A stretch of 64,000 nucleotides of DNA from Candidatus Bathyarchaeota archaeon (GCA_963768425.1 CAVYHV010000017.1:96001-160000); one strand, 5' to 3'. Counted from the first letter of the stretch, positions 20,878 to 30,411 are shown. Program-made: numbers and translations. The notes: a model not told the origin generated them from the letters alone.

Positions 20878-21559
20878 CTATGCCTCCCTTAGCTCTCGAG
20901 GCATGTAATCATAAACGATCCCTCTTTGAATGGCTCTTTTCAGGTAGGCTTCAGGGTCGATTTCTTGAACTTTCGCATGGTCAACGTCGATGATATAAAT
21001 TTCATGGATTCGCGCGTTCCTTATTTCTTCAAGTTGTGACTGGCGGCTTCTGGTAGTAGGCGTCGCAGAGCCGTTTTATCTGCTGGATTTCCCAGTCTTC
21101 ACGGTTTCGGGGCGGCTTAGCCAATGCACGGGGAAACGGCAGAATATAGTGGGGTGGTACGCCTAGAGCGAATTTTCCTGCGAAGCTGCTGTACCTGATT
21201 ATTTTGCTTGCCAAACGTGCTGAAGTGTAAGTAAGCGGCGCTAGGGCGTTTTCAGGAGGAATGAAGCCTGTTTCAACCTCAACTATAAGGTTCCCTAAGC
21301 CCTTTGTAGCGAACAAGTCGCAGGTTAAAATCTCGTTTAGGGGATATTCAATCTGGACTTCGTGACCTTTTTCAACCAGGTACTTGGCGCAGCCAAGCTC
21401 CATCACGGAATGATTGATCTTCACGATGTTTTCTTTCCGAAGGTCTACGAGACAGTTTTTGAGGATGTTAAGTTTGTTTTTGACTTGCTCATCCGAATCC
21501 ACCGTCAGCCTTGACAGAAAAAAAGTTAAATCCTCTTCGAACTGTTGCCTGCTGCTCAT
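20878..21559 (-). CDS. conserved archaeal PD-(D/E)xK-like hypothetical protein, indel near 21030
   Basis: KINHSVMEL, CDLFATKG..IVEVETGF; reading continues in another frame to TAG at 20878. Confidence 0.75.
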
Positions 21560-21742
21560 TTACCTTCCTTTCCAAATTGACCTGACATGTTTACTTAAAC
21601 TATTTGGTTTCGGAATTCAAGAAGCCAAAACGCTTGGTCGTAAAGAAACAAAGGGGATTGCTTTTTTTATTTAGAATAATTTTTGTTATTTACTTATTCC
21701 TTTATCATAAAGAGACGCTGCTGTTTTTTCTTGAAAGCCAAT

Positions 21743-21928
21743 TTAGGGTTTTACGGGAACGAGTACAAGCCTTGTGTAGTTAACGTCGACTTCCACGATT
21801 TTGCAGTCTTTGAACTCTTTTGATTCGCCCAAAATGTTCCTGACTGTCACGTTGTCGCCTTCAACTTTGACGTAAATCACATCTTTAAACAAGGTTTTTC
21901 CGCCGAGGATAATGTTGAATTCACACAT
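21743..21928 (-). CDS. CooT-family small nickel-binding protein
   Basis: N-terminal MCE, KDV..V..EG, ILGE.K...CKI.EVD pattern. Confidence 0.8.
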   Translation of the reverse strand: MCEFNIILGGKTLFKDVIYVKVEGDNVTVRNILGESKEFKDCKIVEVDVNYTRLVLVPVKP

Positions 21929-22106
21929 AATCTTTCACGACTAAGGAAAAAGTTGTTCTACGTATTAAGGGCTTTCCGAAAACAAACGCAAAGCTCCGAA
22001 AGCAACTGCTTTATTGATTGGAAATTAAATCGCGTCCGGAGCTGAACCACAAGCTTTTTATTGATTCAATCGTGTATTTTTAAAGAATATTTAAAGAGGC
22101 ATAAAA

Positions 22107-22157
22107 ATGAGGGATCGTCACCTCAATCGCTGGGATCGTCGGGTACTTATTCTTTGA
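22107..22157 (+). CDS. putative ilv/leu leader peptide MRDRHLNRWDRRVLIL
   Basis: GAGG RBS, ATG at 22107, last four codons Val-Leu-Ile-Leu, TGA at 22155-22157, 99 nt before ilvB; TTTTTATT TATA-like box at ~22055. Confidence 0.7.
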   Translation: MRDRHLNRWDRRVLIL

Positions 22158-22256
22158 TTCGCCCAGGAACCCCTCTGAAAAACACGCAGCAAGATTTGCA
22201 GCTATTATTTTTCGAGACGAGAGCATGTTTATTGAAAAAGGAGAGATCGTTGAAAA

Positions 22257-23972
22257 ATGACTAAAATGTCTGGTGCAAAGGTACTCGTAGAATCCCTCGA
22301 ACAGCAAAACGTCGACGTTATATTCGGCATTTTGGGCGGCGCAATACTACCTGTTTATGATGCATTATGTGGCAACGAGAAAATTAGACATATACTCGCT
22401 AGACACGAACAGGGAGCCGCACACGCAGCCGAAGGCTATGCTAGAGCCAGCGGAAGAGTTGGAGTATGCATTGCAACGTCAGGACCGGGAGCAACTAACC
22501 TAGTCACTGGAATAGCGAACGCATACTTGGATTCTTCGCCGTTGATAGCCATAACAGGGCAGGTTCCATCGACCGGTGTAAACTCTTCGTACATGATCGG
22601 CAAAGATGCCTTTCAAGAAGCAGACATCATCGGCATCACCACTCCAATTACCAAGCATAATTATCAGCCTCGAACGATCGCTGAAATTCAGCCAATGGTT
22701 AATGCAGCCTTCTACATCGCATCTTCCGGCAGACCTGGACCAGTTCTTATTGACTTACCTAAAAACGTACAGTCAGACATAGCCGACGTGGATATGGGAA
22801 TTACAGGGAAAATTGAAGCTCGAGGCTACAAACCAGCATTGACTCCCGACTTAACCAAAATCAGCAAAGCAGTTGATTTGTTAGCTAACGCAGTTGAACC
22901 AATGATACTGGCCGGCGGAGGAGTCATCTCTGCAAATGCCTCCGACGAATTAACGCAAATGTCCGATTTACTAATTGCGCCGGTTGCTACGACCTTTATG
23001 GGCAAAGGCGCTTTTCCCGAATGCCACCCCCTGTCAGTTGGATGCATCGGAATGCACGGAAACCCAGCTGCAAACAGGCTCATCGGGGAAGCTGATGTGC
23101 TGTTAGCTGTCGGAACAAGATTTTCTGACCGAGCAACAGCTAACTTGGATACCTTCGCGCCAAACGCCAAAAAGATACACATAGACATTGACCCGGCTGA
23201 ACTCGGTAAAAACATTGACGTCGACGTCCCCATTGTTGGAGATGCAAAAGTATCATTAAAGCTACTGCATAATGCCGCTGCAAAGAAGCTGCCCAAGATG
23301 AAAGTTAACGCATGGTGGTCAAAACGCATCAAAGAAACCAAGGAGCAGCTAAGTCCATTGCTAAAAGACAGACCCAGAGAGCTGGTGCCTAAAGCCTTAC
23401 TGATAGAGCTAAGGAAACTTCTGCCAGTAGACACAATCGTAACAACAGAAGTTGGGCAAAACCAGATGTGGTCAGCCCTATACTTCCAAGCATTAAAACC
23501 AAGAACCTTCATCAGTTCAGGAGGACTTGGAACCATGGGCTTTGGGTTCCCGGCAGCCATAGGCGCAAAAGTTGCCTGCCCAGATAGGCCCGTCGTGGAC
23601 ATAGCTGGCGACGGCAGCTTCCTGATGACTGAGCAAGAACTGGCGTGTTCGGTAGCGGAAAAGATTCCAGTCATAGTCATAGTGCTGAACAATTCGGTAC
23701 TTGGCATGGTGGCGCAGTGGCAAAGAATGCTCTACGAACGCCGTTACATGGCGGTTCACTTAGGAAAAACACCTGATTTCGTGAAACTTGCAGAAGCTTA
23801 TGGTGCACAAGGTCTTCGCGTAAACTCGATTGAAGAGTTCCAGAAAGCGGTAAAAACAGCGTTAAACAGCGATGTTACAACGGTAATCGACGTGCCTATT
23901 GGCTCAGAACAAGATGTTGTTCCATTTGTGCCTCCAGGCTGCGGTTTACCACAACAGAGAGGTGACTATTGA
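22257..23972 (+). CDS. ilvB: acetolactate synthase large subunit
   Basis: RHEQGAAH, TSGPGATN, SGGLGTMG, GDGSF..N TPP motif. Confidence 0.97.
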   Translation: MTKMSGAKVLVESLEQQNVDVIFGILGGAILPVYDALCGNEKIRHILARHEQGAAHAAEGYARASGRVGVCIATSGPGATNLVTGIANAYLDSSPLIAITGQVPSTGVNSSYMIGKDAFQEADIIGITTPITKHNYQPRTIAEIQPMVNAAFYIASSGRPGPVLIDLPKNVQSDIADVDMGITGKIEARGYKPALTPDLTKISKAVDLLANAVEPMILAGGGVISANASDELTQMSDLLIAPVATTFMGKGAFPECHPLSVGCIGMHGNPAANRLIGEADVLLAVGTRFSDRATANLDTFAPNAKKIHIDIDPAELGKNIDVDVPIVGDAKVSLKLLHNAAAKKLPKMKVNAWWSKRIKETKEQLSPLLKDRPRELVPKALLIELRKLLPVDTIVTTEVGQNQMWSALYFQALKPRTFISSGGLGTMGFGFPAAIGAKVACPDRPVVDIAGDGSFLMTEQELACSVAEKIPVIVIVLNNSVLGMVAQWQRMLYERRYMAVHLGKTPDFVKLAEAYGAQGLRVNSIEEFQKAVKTALNSDVTTVIDVPIGSEQDVVPFVPPGCGLPQQRGDY

Positions 23973-24484
23973 TGGAAACTGACCAAACCAAGGTAATTTC
24001 GGTTCTCGTCGAAAACAAGCCCGGTGTCCTCCATGGGGTAGCAAACCTGTTCAGACGCAGAAACTTCAACATTGAAAGCATAACTGTTGGATTAAGCGAA
24101 AACATCGATACATCACGTATGACAATCACTGTAAAAGGCGACGAAAAAACGCTTGAACAAGTCGTGAAGCAATTAGCGAAACTCATTGATGTCCTAAAAG
24201 TGGAAGAGTTAGAGCCAGGGCATTTTGTGATGCGAGAGTTAGCTTTGATAAAAGTTAATGTACCGACCACGAAAGACCGCTCAGACATAATAAACTGCGT
24301 TGAGGTCTTCAGAGGGCGAATCATTGACGTCTCAACTGACAGCTTAACCGTAGAGATCACTGGAACACCAGACAAGCTTGACGCGTTCCTGAAACTAATG
24401 CAGACAAACGGCATCATTGAATTGGCAAGAACAGGCATAACAGCGTTGGCAAGAGGAGCAAAAACTGTAAGAATGGACGAATAA
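23969..24484 (+). CDS. ilvH: acetolactate synthase small subunit
   Basis: VENKPGVL..F.RRNFNIES ACT domain; RELALIKV, ELARTG. Confidence 0.96.
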   Translation: MMETDQTKVISVLVENKPGVLHGVANLFRRRNFNIESITVGLSENIDTSRMTITVKGDEKTLEQVVKQLAKLIDVLKVEELEPGHFVMRELALIKVNVPTTKDRSDIINCVEVFRGRIIDVSTDSLTVEITGTPDKLDAFLKLMQTNGIIELARTGITALARGAKTVRMDE

Positions 24485-24500
24485 ATCGTTCCTGCAAACG

Positions 24501-24544
24501 GAAACCCTTAATTTCAAGTTTCTTAAAAATGACAAACTTGTCAT
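24501..24544 (+). promoter_or_regulatory. internal promoter before leuC with palindrome ATGACAA-AC-TTGTCAT
   Basis: GAAACCCTTAATT BRE/TATA-like at 24501-24513; perfect 7-bp inverted repeat at 24529-24544. Confidence 0.55.
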
Positions 24545-24589
24545 AGTTATCGGCAGCAAAAAAAGGGAATGATAGAGAAGAGAATTAAA

Positions 24590-25858
24590 ATGAATATTAC
24601 AGAAAAAATCTTGGCTAAAGCTTCAAGCAAAAAAGAGGTGCATCCAGGAGAAATCATCGACGCAAGCGTTGACATGGTTATGGTGCACGATTTAACTGGA
24701 CCTTTAGCGGTTGAAGCCTTCAATAAAATCGGTGTGCAGAAAGTTTGGGATAGCCAAAAGGCAGTGGTGATACTGGATCATCAGGTACCAGCTGAATCCG
24801 TGAAAGCGGCTGAACTGCACAAGACGATGCGTCAATTCGCCAAAGACCAAAACCTACGCATTTACGATGTTGGAAGAGGTGGAGTCTGCCATCAAGTTAT
24901 GCCTGAGAAGGGTCACGTGGTTCCTGGGACAGTAATCGTAGGCGCCGACTCACACACATGCACCTACGGAGCCTTCGGAGCTTTCGCCACTGGAATAGGT
25001 TCAACTGAAGCCGCGTCAGTCTTAGCTACGGGAAAAATCTGGTTAAAAGTGCCCGAAGCAATAAAAGTTAACGTGACTGGGCGTTTCCCAAAGTATGTAA
25101 CTCCAAAAGATCTAATACTGTTCATAATCGGGCAAGTAAGTGTTGAAGGCGCCATATACGAAAGCGCCGAATTCACCGGTCCAACAATCAAGGATATGAG
25201 CATCTCGGGAAGAATGACCCTGTGCAACATGGCTGTGGAAATGGGTGCTAAAAATGGTATCATCGAACCCGACGAAATAACCCGAAAGTTCTTAGATAGA
25301 AGAGTCAAAATCCTGCCAGATTTTGAAGCGTTAAGAAGCGACAAAGACGCGGTTTACCGACGCACATTAGAATTTGATGTTTCAAAAATGGAGCCACAGA
25401 TTGCCTGCCCATCCTCAGTTGACAACGTCAAGCCAGTTTCAGAAGTCGGCAACGTCTCCATCGAGCAGGCGTTTATCGGGTCATGCACCAACGGCAGAAT
25501 CGAAGATTTGCGCATAGCTGCTCAAGTCATGAAGGGCAGGCGCGTCAAAGATGGCGTTAGGGCACTGGTGATTCCAGCTTCACAGGAAGTTTACAAGCAG
25601 GCATTAGACGAAGGCTTAATGGACGTGTTCACGGACGCAGGCGCCATGGTTTGCGGTTCAGCGTGCGGACCATGTTTAGGCGGACACATAGGATTACTGG
25701 CGGCAAACGAAGTTTGCGTCAGCACATCCAACAGAAACTTCATCGGAAGAATGGGCAGCACCCAAGCAAGTGTGTATTTAGCTTCACCAGCAACAGTAGC
25801 TGCTTCAGCAGTAACAGGCAAAATCACCGACCCAAGAAAACTGGAGACAAAACAATGA
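24590..25858 (+). CDS. leuC: isopropylmalate/homoaconitate dehydratase large subunit
   Basis: GADSHTCTYGA, GSCTNGR, CGPCLG, NRNFIGRMG motifs. Confidence 0.95.
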   Translation: MNITEKILAKASSKKEVHPGEIIDASVDMVMVHDLTGPLAVEAFNKIGVQKVWDSQKAVVILDHQVPAESVKAAELHKTMRQFAKDQNLRIYDVGRGGVCHQVMPEKGHVVPGTVIVGADSHTCTYGAFGAFATGIGSTEAASVLATGKIWLKVPEAIKVNVTGRFPKYVTPKDLILFIIGQVSVEGAIYESAEFTGPTIKDMSISGRMTLCNMAVEMGAKNGIIEPDEITRKFLDRRVKILPDFEALRSDKDAVYRRTLEFDVSKMEPQIACPSSVDNVKPVSEVGNVSIEQAFIGSCTNGRIEDLRIAAQVMKGRRVKDGVRALVIPASQEVYKQALDEGLMDVFTDAGAMVCGSACGPCLGGHIGLLAANEVCVSTSNRNFIGRMGSTQASVYLASPATVAASAVTGKITDPRKLETKQ

Positions 25859-26358
25859 ACATGAAAATCAAAGGCCCAGTCATAAAATTCGGAAACAACG
25901 TTGACACAGACGTCATTCTGCCAGGAAAATACCTGACGTTGGTTGATCCCCACGAGCTAGCAAAACATGCCTTGGAAAGTGTAGATATAGATTTTCCCCA
26001 GAAAGCAAAGAAAGGCGTGGTTGTAGTTGGCGGCAAAAACTTTGGATGCGGATCCAGCAGAGAACAAGCGCCCTTAGCCTTAAAATACGCTGGCGTGAAA
26101 TGTGTCTTAGCTGAGTCTTTCGCGCGTATATTTTTCCGAAACGCCATCAACATTGGCTTGCCAGTAATTGAATGCAAAGGCATATCGGCAGCTGTTGAGA
26201 CAGGCGATGAGTTGGCTGTAGATTTCGAAGCTGGTAAGGTAGAAAACGTCTCAAACGGCAAAAAGTTTCAAGTAGAGAAGCTACCTCCGTTTATCTTAGA
26301 AATCTTAGCTGATGGCGGATTAATAGAGAATTTACGTAGGAGAATGAACAAGAAATGA
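25855..26358 (+). CDS. leuD: isopropylmalate/homoaconitate dehydratase small subunit
   Basis: DTDVILP, NFGCGSSREQA, SFARIFFRN motifs. Confidence 0.95.
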   Translation: MNMKIKGPVIKFGNNVDTDVILPGKYLTLVDPHELAKHALESVDIDFPQKAKKGVVVVGGKNFGCGSSREQAPLALKYAGVKCVLAESFARIFFRNAINIGLPVIECKGISAAVETGDELAVDFEAGKVENVSNGKKFQVEKLPPFILEILADGGLIENLRRRMNKK

Positions 26359-27392
26359 CAGAATACAAGATTTCGCTGATTCCCGGAGATGGAATCGGTC
26401 CGGAACTCACAGAAGCAACACTGAAAGTGTTAGATGCCGCCCAGAAAAAATACGGCATAAAACTGAAAATTATCGAGGCGGAAGCAGGCGACGACACCTT
26501 GGCAAAAAGAGGCGCAGCGCTACCTGCGGAAAGTGTAGAAATCATTAAGGCATCACACGCTTGCCTTAAAGGCCCGGTTGGCGAAACGGCAGCAGACGTC
26601 ATAGTTAAACTGCGGTTAATGTTTGATTTGTACGCGAATTTGCGTCCGTTGAAGGCTTATCCTAACGTTCCTGTAGCTAGACCCGACATTGACATGATGT
26701 TTGTTCGGGAGAACACCGAGGACGTTTACAAAGGCTTAGAATTCACCGTTGGCAACGACACAGCGATATGCATGAGAATTATTACAAGAGGAAATTGTGA
26801 ACGTATAGCCAAAAAAGCGTTTGAGATTGCACGTTTACGCAACGGCAAAAAGAAAGTAACCGCTATTCACAAGGCAAACGTTATGCGCGTAACAGACGGT
26901 TTATTCGCAAGCGTGTGCCGCGAAACCGCAAAACGCTACCCAGACATCGCATTTAACGAGCTTTATGTTGACGCGGCGTCAATGCGTCTTATCAAAGAGC
27001 CTCAGGTATTCGATGTGTTCTGCACATGCAACATGTTCGGCGACATCCTATCAGACGAAGCAGCCCAGCAAATCGGCGGCTTAGGAATGGCTCCTGGCGC
27101 AAACATCGGTGAAAACTTCGCGCTTTTTGAACCCATCCATGGTTCAGCTCCAAACAGGGCAGGAAAACACACCGCAAACCCAATCTCGATGGTTCTAAGC
27201 GCCAAAATGATGCTGGAGTGGCTCGGCGAAAAATACAACGATAAAAAATGCATGCAGGCAGGCGCGGCGATTGAGAACGGCGTCGTTTACGCGTTACGAA
27301 ACGGTCAAACTGTTCCAGACTGTGGCGGCAACACAACGACCGTGGGAATGGCGGAAGCCATTGCTGCAGCCTTAACAGTGAAAACTGGCTGA
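26355..27392 (+). CDS. leuB: isopropylmalate/homoisocitrate-family dehydrogenase
   Basis: GDGIGPE, RENTED, HKANV, NMFGDILSD, EPIHGSAP motifs. Confidence 0.92.
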   Translation: MTEYKISLIPGDGIGPELTEATLKVLDAAQKKYGIKLKIIEAEAGDDTLAKRGAALPAESVEIIKASHACLKGPVGETAADVIVKLRLMFDLYANLRPLKAYPNVPVARPDIDMMFVRENTEDVYKGLEFTVGNDTAICMRIITRGNCERIAKKAFEIARLRNGKKKVTAIHKANVMRVTDGLFASVCRETAKRYPDIAFNELYVDAASMRLIKEPQVFDVFCTCNMFGDILSDEAAQQIGGLGMAPGANIGENFALFEPIHGSAPNRAGKHTANPISMVLSAKMMLEWLGEKYNDKKCMQAGAAIENGVVYALRNGQTVPDCGGNTTTVGMAEAIAAALTVKTG

Positions 27393-27396
27393 AAAA

Positions 27397-28908
27397 ATGA
27401 CGAGTAAATATATTCGAATCTTAGACACTACCCTAAGAGATGGTGAACAAACTCCCGGGGTTTCTTTAACCTCTGAAGAGAAAATTGAGATTGCACGCCA
27501 ACTAGACAAACTAGGCGTTGACGTTATCGAAGCGGGTTTTCCAAGCTCCTCCGACGGCGAAAAAAAAGTTGTAAGAGAAATTGTCAAGTTAGGTTTAAAT
27601 TCTGAAATCTGCGCCCTTTCCAGAGCGACAAAAAAAGATATTGACGCGGCACTGGATTGCGAAGTCGACTTGATTCACGTTTTCATCCCGACTTCTGCAG
27701 TGCAGATGAAGTACGCCGTCAATTTAACGCCTGAACAAGTTTTAACTTCAGCAGTTGAGTCGATTGAGTACGTTAAGGCACACGGCGTGAAATGCGAGTT
27801 TTCACCTATGGATGCAACACGCTCCGAAATGCCCTTCCTCAAAAAAATCTGCCAAGCCGCACAGAAAGCAGGAATGGACAGCTTAAACCTGCCCGACACA
27901 GTCGGCATAATGATCCCAAGATCAATCATAAAATTCGTTGAAGATGTAAAATCCGTCGTTAACGTTCCAATAAGCATCCACTGCCACGATGACTTCGGAT
28001 TGGCAGTTGCAAACTCGCTGGCTGCAGTTGAAGCAGGCGCCGCTCAAGTGCATGTTGCCGTCAACGGGTTAGGCGAAAGGGCAGGTAACGCTTCGCTGGA
28101 AGAAGTGATTATGGCGCTGCATGTAATTTACAAGTACAAGACAGGCGTAAACAGCCGACTGCTCTACGGCACATCCCGAATGGTTTCCGCATTAACCGGC
28201 ATAGCTGTGCAGGCTAACAAGGCATTAGTCGGCGAAAACGCTTTCGCGCATGAATCCGGCATCCACACACGCGGAGTAACTGAGAAGCCATTAACCTTTG
28301 AACCGATAGACCCCGCACTAGTCGGACGCACAAGAAAACTTGTAGCTGGAAAACTAGCGGGAACAAGCGGCATCAAAGCAGAGTTGGAAGAAGTTGGCAT
28401 TAACCCAACCGAAGAGCAACTGAAAGAGATTGTCCAACGTGTTAAAGAACTTGGTGACAAGGGCAAAATGGTTACAGATGCAGATTTACTGGCGTTAACT
28501 TCCGCAGTTATGGGCGAAGTCATCAAAGAAGAAAAAATCGTTGACTTATGCGATATGGCAGTCGTCACAGGCATAAAAGTCATACCAACAGCCTCAGTGC
28601 GGCTGGTTCTAGACGGCAAAGAATACGTTGCCGCCGAGACAGGCGTGGGTCCAGTTGACGCAGTTCTTAAGGCAATCCAGAAACTAATTAGCAGCCAAGA
28701 AAAAATCCGTCTCAGAGAATATCGGCTTGAAGCTATCACTGGCGGCTCAAACGCCGTTGCAGAAGTCATCATCAAAGTGGAAGATGAAAAAGGCAACATC
28801 GTCTCAGCCCGCGCAGCAAGAGAGGACATTGTGATGGCAAGCGTCGAAGCGATGATAAACGGTATGAACAAGCTTTTGATTAAGCATAAGCAGGAAAACA
28901 AACCTTGA
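27397..28908 (+). CDS. leuA: 2-isopropylmalate/citramalate synthase
   Basis: DTTLRDGEQ, HCHDD, GERAGN, HESGIH motifs and C-terminal regulatory domain; LeuA versus CimA not resolved. Confidence 0.88.
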   Translation: MTSKYIRILDTTLRDGEQTPGVSLTSEEKIEIARQLDKLGVDVIEAGFPSSSDGEKKVVREIVKLGLNSEICALSRATKKDIDAALDCEVDLIHVFIPTSAVQMKYAVNLTPEQVLTSAVESIEYVKAHGVKCEFSPMDATRSEMPFLKKICQAAQKAGMDSLNLPDTVGIMIPRSIIKFVEDVKSVVNVPISIHCHDDFGLAVANSLAAVEAGAAQVHVAVNGLGERAGNASLEEVIMALHVIYKYKTGVNSRLLYGTSRMVSALTGIAVQANKALVGENAFAHESGIHTRGVTEKPLTFEPIDPALVGRTRKLVAGKLAGTSGIKAELEEVGINPTEEQLKEIVQRVKELGDKGKMVTDADLLALTSAVMGEVIKEEKIVDLCDMAVVTGIKVIPTASVRLVLDGKEYVAAETGVGPVDAVLKAIQKLISSQEKIRLREYRLEAITGGSNAVAEVIIKVEDEKGNIVSARAAREDIVMASVEAMINGMNKLLIKHKQENKP

Positions 28909-29717
28909 AAGTAGCCTATCAAGGTGAAACTGGTGCCTACGGCGAAATGGCGGTCTACAAGTTTTTCGGCAGCAAAGTGGAGCCATTTCCCTGCAAGGAC
29001 TTCCGCGATGTCTTCGAATCTGTAAAGACAGGCGCTGTCCCAAATGGTGTGGTCCCGATTGAGAACTCCATCGAGGGAAGCGTCAACCAAAACTATGATC
29101 TTTTCCTCACCTATGACCTCAAAGTTTGCGGCGAAGTTGCTGTGAAGCTTGCCCACGTCCTAATCGGTAATCCAGAAACCAAATTCGAGGACATCAAAAC
29201 CGTTTACTCGCATCCCCAAGCATTAGCGCAGTGCCGCAAATACTTAGAAAAGCACAAGTGGGAAATCATCCCCGCTTATGATACTGCCGGAGCCGTAAAA
29301 ATCATAAAAGAAAAAAACCTCACAAACGCTGCAGCGATCGCAAGCGAAAAAGCTGCAGACCTTTACAGCATGAAGATTCTTTCTCGAGATATCGCCGATA
29401 ATCCATCTAACTACACTCGATTTCTTGTCCTGGGCAATGAAGATGCAGCACCCACAGGTGACGATAAGACCTCGATCATTTTTTCAGCCAAACATGCTCC
29501 TGGAACTCTATACCATGCTCTTGGAGAGTTCGCGTCAAGAAACATCAACCTAACCAGAATAGAATCCAGACCGACAAAAACCACAGCTTGGCAATACAAC
29601 TTTTACCTCGACTTCGAGGGGCACAGAACCGAAAAGCGCTGCGCAGAAGCCTTAGAAGCGCTGGAAAAATACGCTACCTTCGTGAAGATTCTGGGATCTT
29701 ACCCAAGAGTCATTTAA
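28905..29717 (+). CDS. pheA: prephenate dehydratase
   Basis: PIENSIEG, SHPQALAQC, NYTRF, IESRP ACT, LGSYP motifs. Confidence 0.96.
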   Translation: MKVAYQGETGAYGEMAVYKFFGSKVEPFPCKDFRDVFESVKTGAVPNGVVPIENSIEGSVNQNYDLFLTYDLKVCGEVAVKLAHVLIGNPETKFEDIKTVYSHPQALAQCRKYLEKHKWEIIPAYDTAGAVKIIKEKNLTNAAAIASEKAADLYSMKILSRDIADNPSNYTRFLVLGNEDAAPTGDDKTSIIFSAKHAPGTLYHALGEFASRNINLTRIESRPTKTTAWQYNFYLDFEGHRTEKRCAEALEALEKYATFVKILGSYPRVI

Positions 29718-29781
29718 AAGCCGTCTAGCGAAGAACAACTGTTACTTGAGCGTTGCAGAGGCCGCGAATAGAAGCGGATTT

Positions 29782-30402
29782 CTATCGCTTAACCACGTTC
29801 TTGTAGAAGTTCCCGATTATTCTGTGTCCCTCAGGATGGGTTTCGCTTTTTACAGTTATGCGTTCAGGATGAAATTGGACGCCCCAGAAGGGTTTGCTTT
29901 TGTGTTTGACGGCTTCCACTTCGCATGAAGCTGAATCCGCGAGCAAGATGAAACCTGCTTCGCTCAAGTTCTCTTTCAAAACGTAATCGAAATGGTTTTC
30001 TGAGAGCGGAACAGTTTGGTCTTTTCTGAACCCATCAAATATTCCATTTAATTCAGCTACACGGACCGCCTCAAAACGGTCCAAAACTGGCTGTTTCAAT
30101 GACCCGACTTTGGCGCCGAACGCCCAGCAGAGCAACTGATGCCCAAAGCAAATGCCTAACGTAGGCAACTCACAGGTTCGTATCAGATTAACAACCCCCT
30201 CGAATAGGCGTCTGTCAGAAGAGTCAACTATTCTAACTCCAGAACCGCTGACGATGACAGCGTCAATTTCTCCTTTCACGCAATAGTCTTCATTAATGTC
30301 TTTGAAGTGGATAATTTGGCATTGGCTGAACTTTCCAACGGCTTCAACTAAAGCCTCGCTTTTCGATTTTAAAGAACAGTTCACAACCAACGATTTAGGC
30401 AT
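29782..30402 (-). CDS. class I glutamine amidotransferase (GuaA-A/TrpG-like)
   Basis: GICFGHQ, GVQFHPE catalytic triad; last gene of aro operon. Confidence 0.88.
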   Translation of the reverse strand: MPKSLVVNCSLKSKSEALVEAVGKFSQCQIIHFKDINEDYCVKGEIDAVIVSGSGVRIVDSSDRRLFEGVVNLIRTCELPTLGICFGHQLLCWAFGAKVGSLKQPVLDRFEAVRVAELNGIFDGFRKDQTVPLSENHFDYVLKENLSEAGFILLADSASCEVEAVKHKSKPFWGVQFHPERITVKSETHPEGHRIIGNFYKNVVKR

Positions 30403-30411
30403 CTGGTTTCC

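Noticed and set aside
22061-22307. ORF-track entries 22061-22264 (+) and 22080-22307 (-)
   Set aside because: They overlap the promoter, leader and ilvB start and have no protein-like features; the short RBS-preceded frame at 22107 fits better.
24529-24546. uORF MTNLS* before leuC as a leucine leader
   Set aside because: Only one Leu codon; it coincides with the palindrome and probable TSS and is better explained as an operator.
22826-29156. Long antisense ORFs (22826-23707, 23896-24438, 28164-29156 and similar ones elsewhere)
   Set aside because: Shadow frames of well-conserved genes; no motifs.
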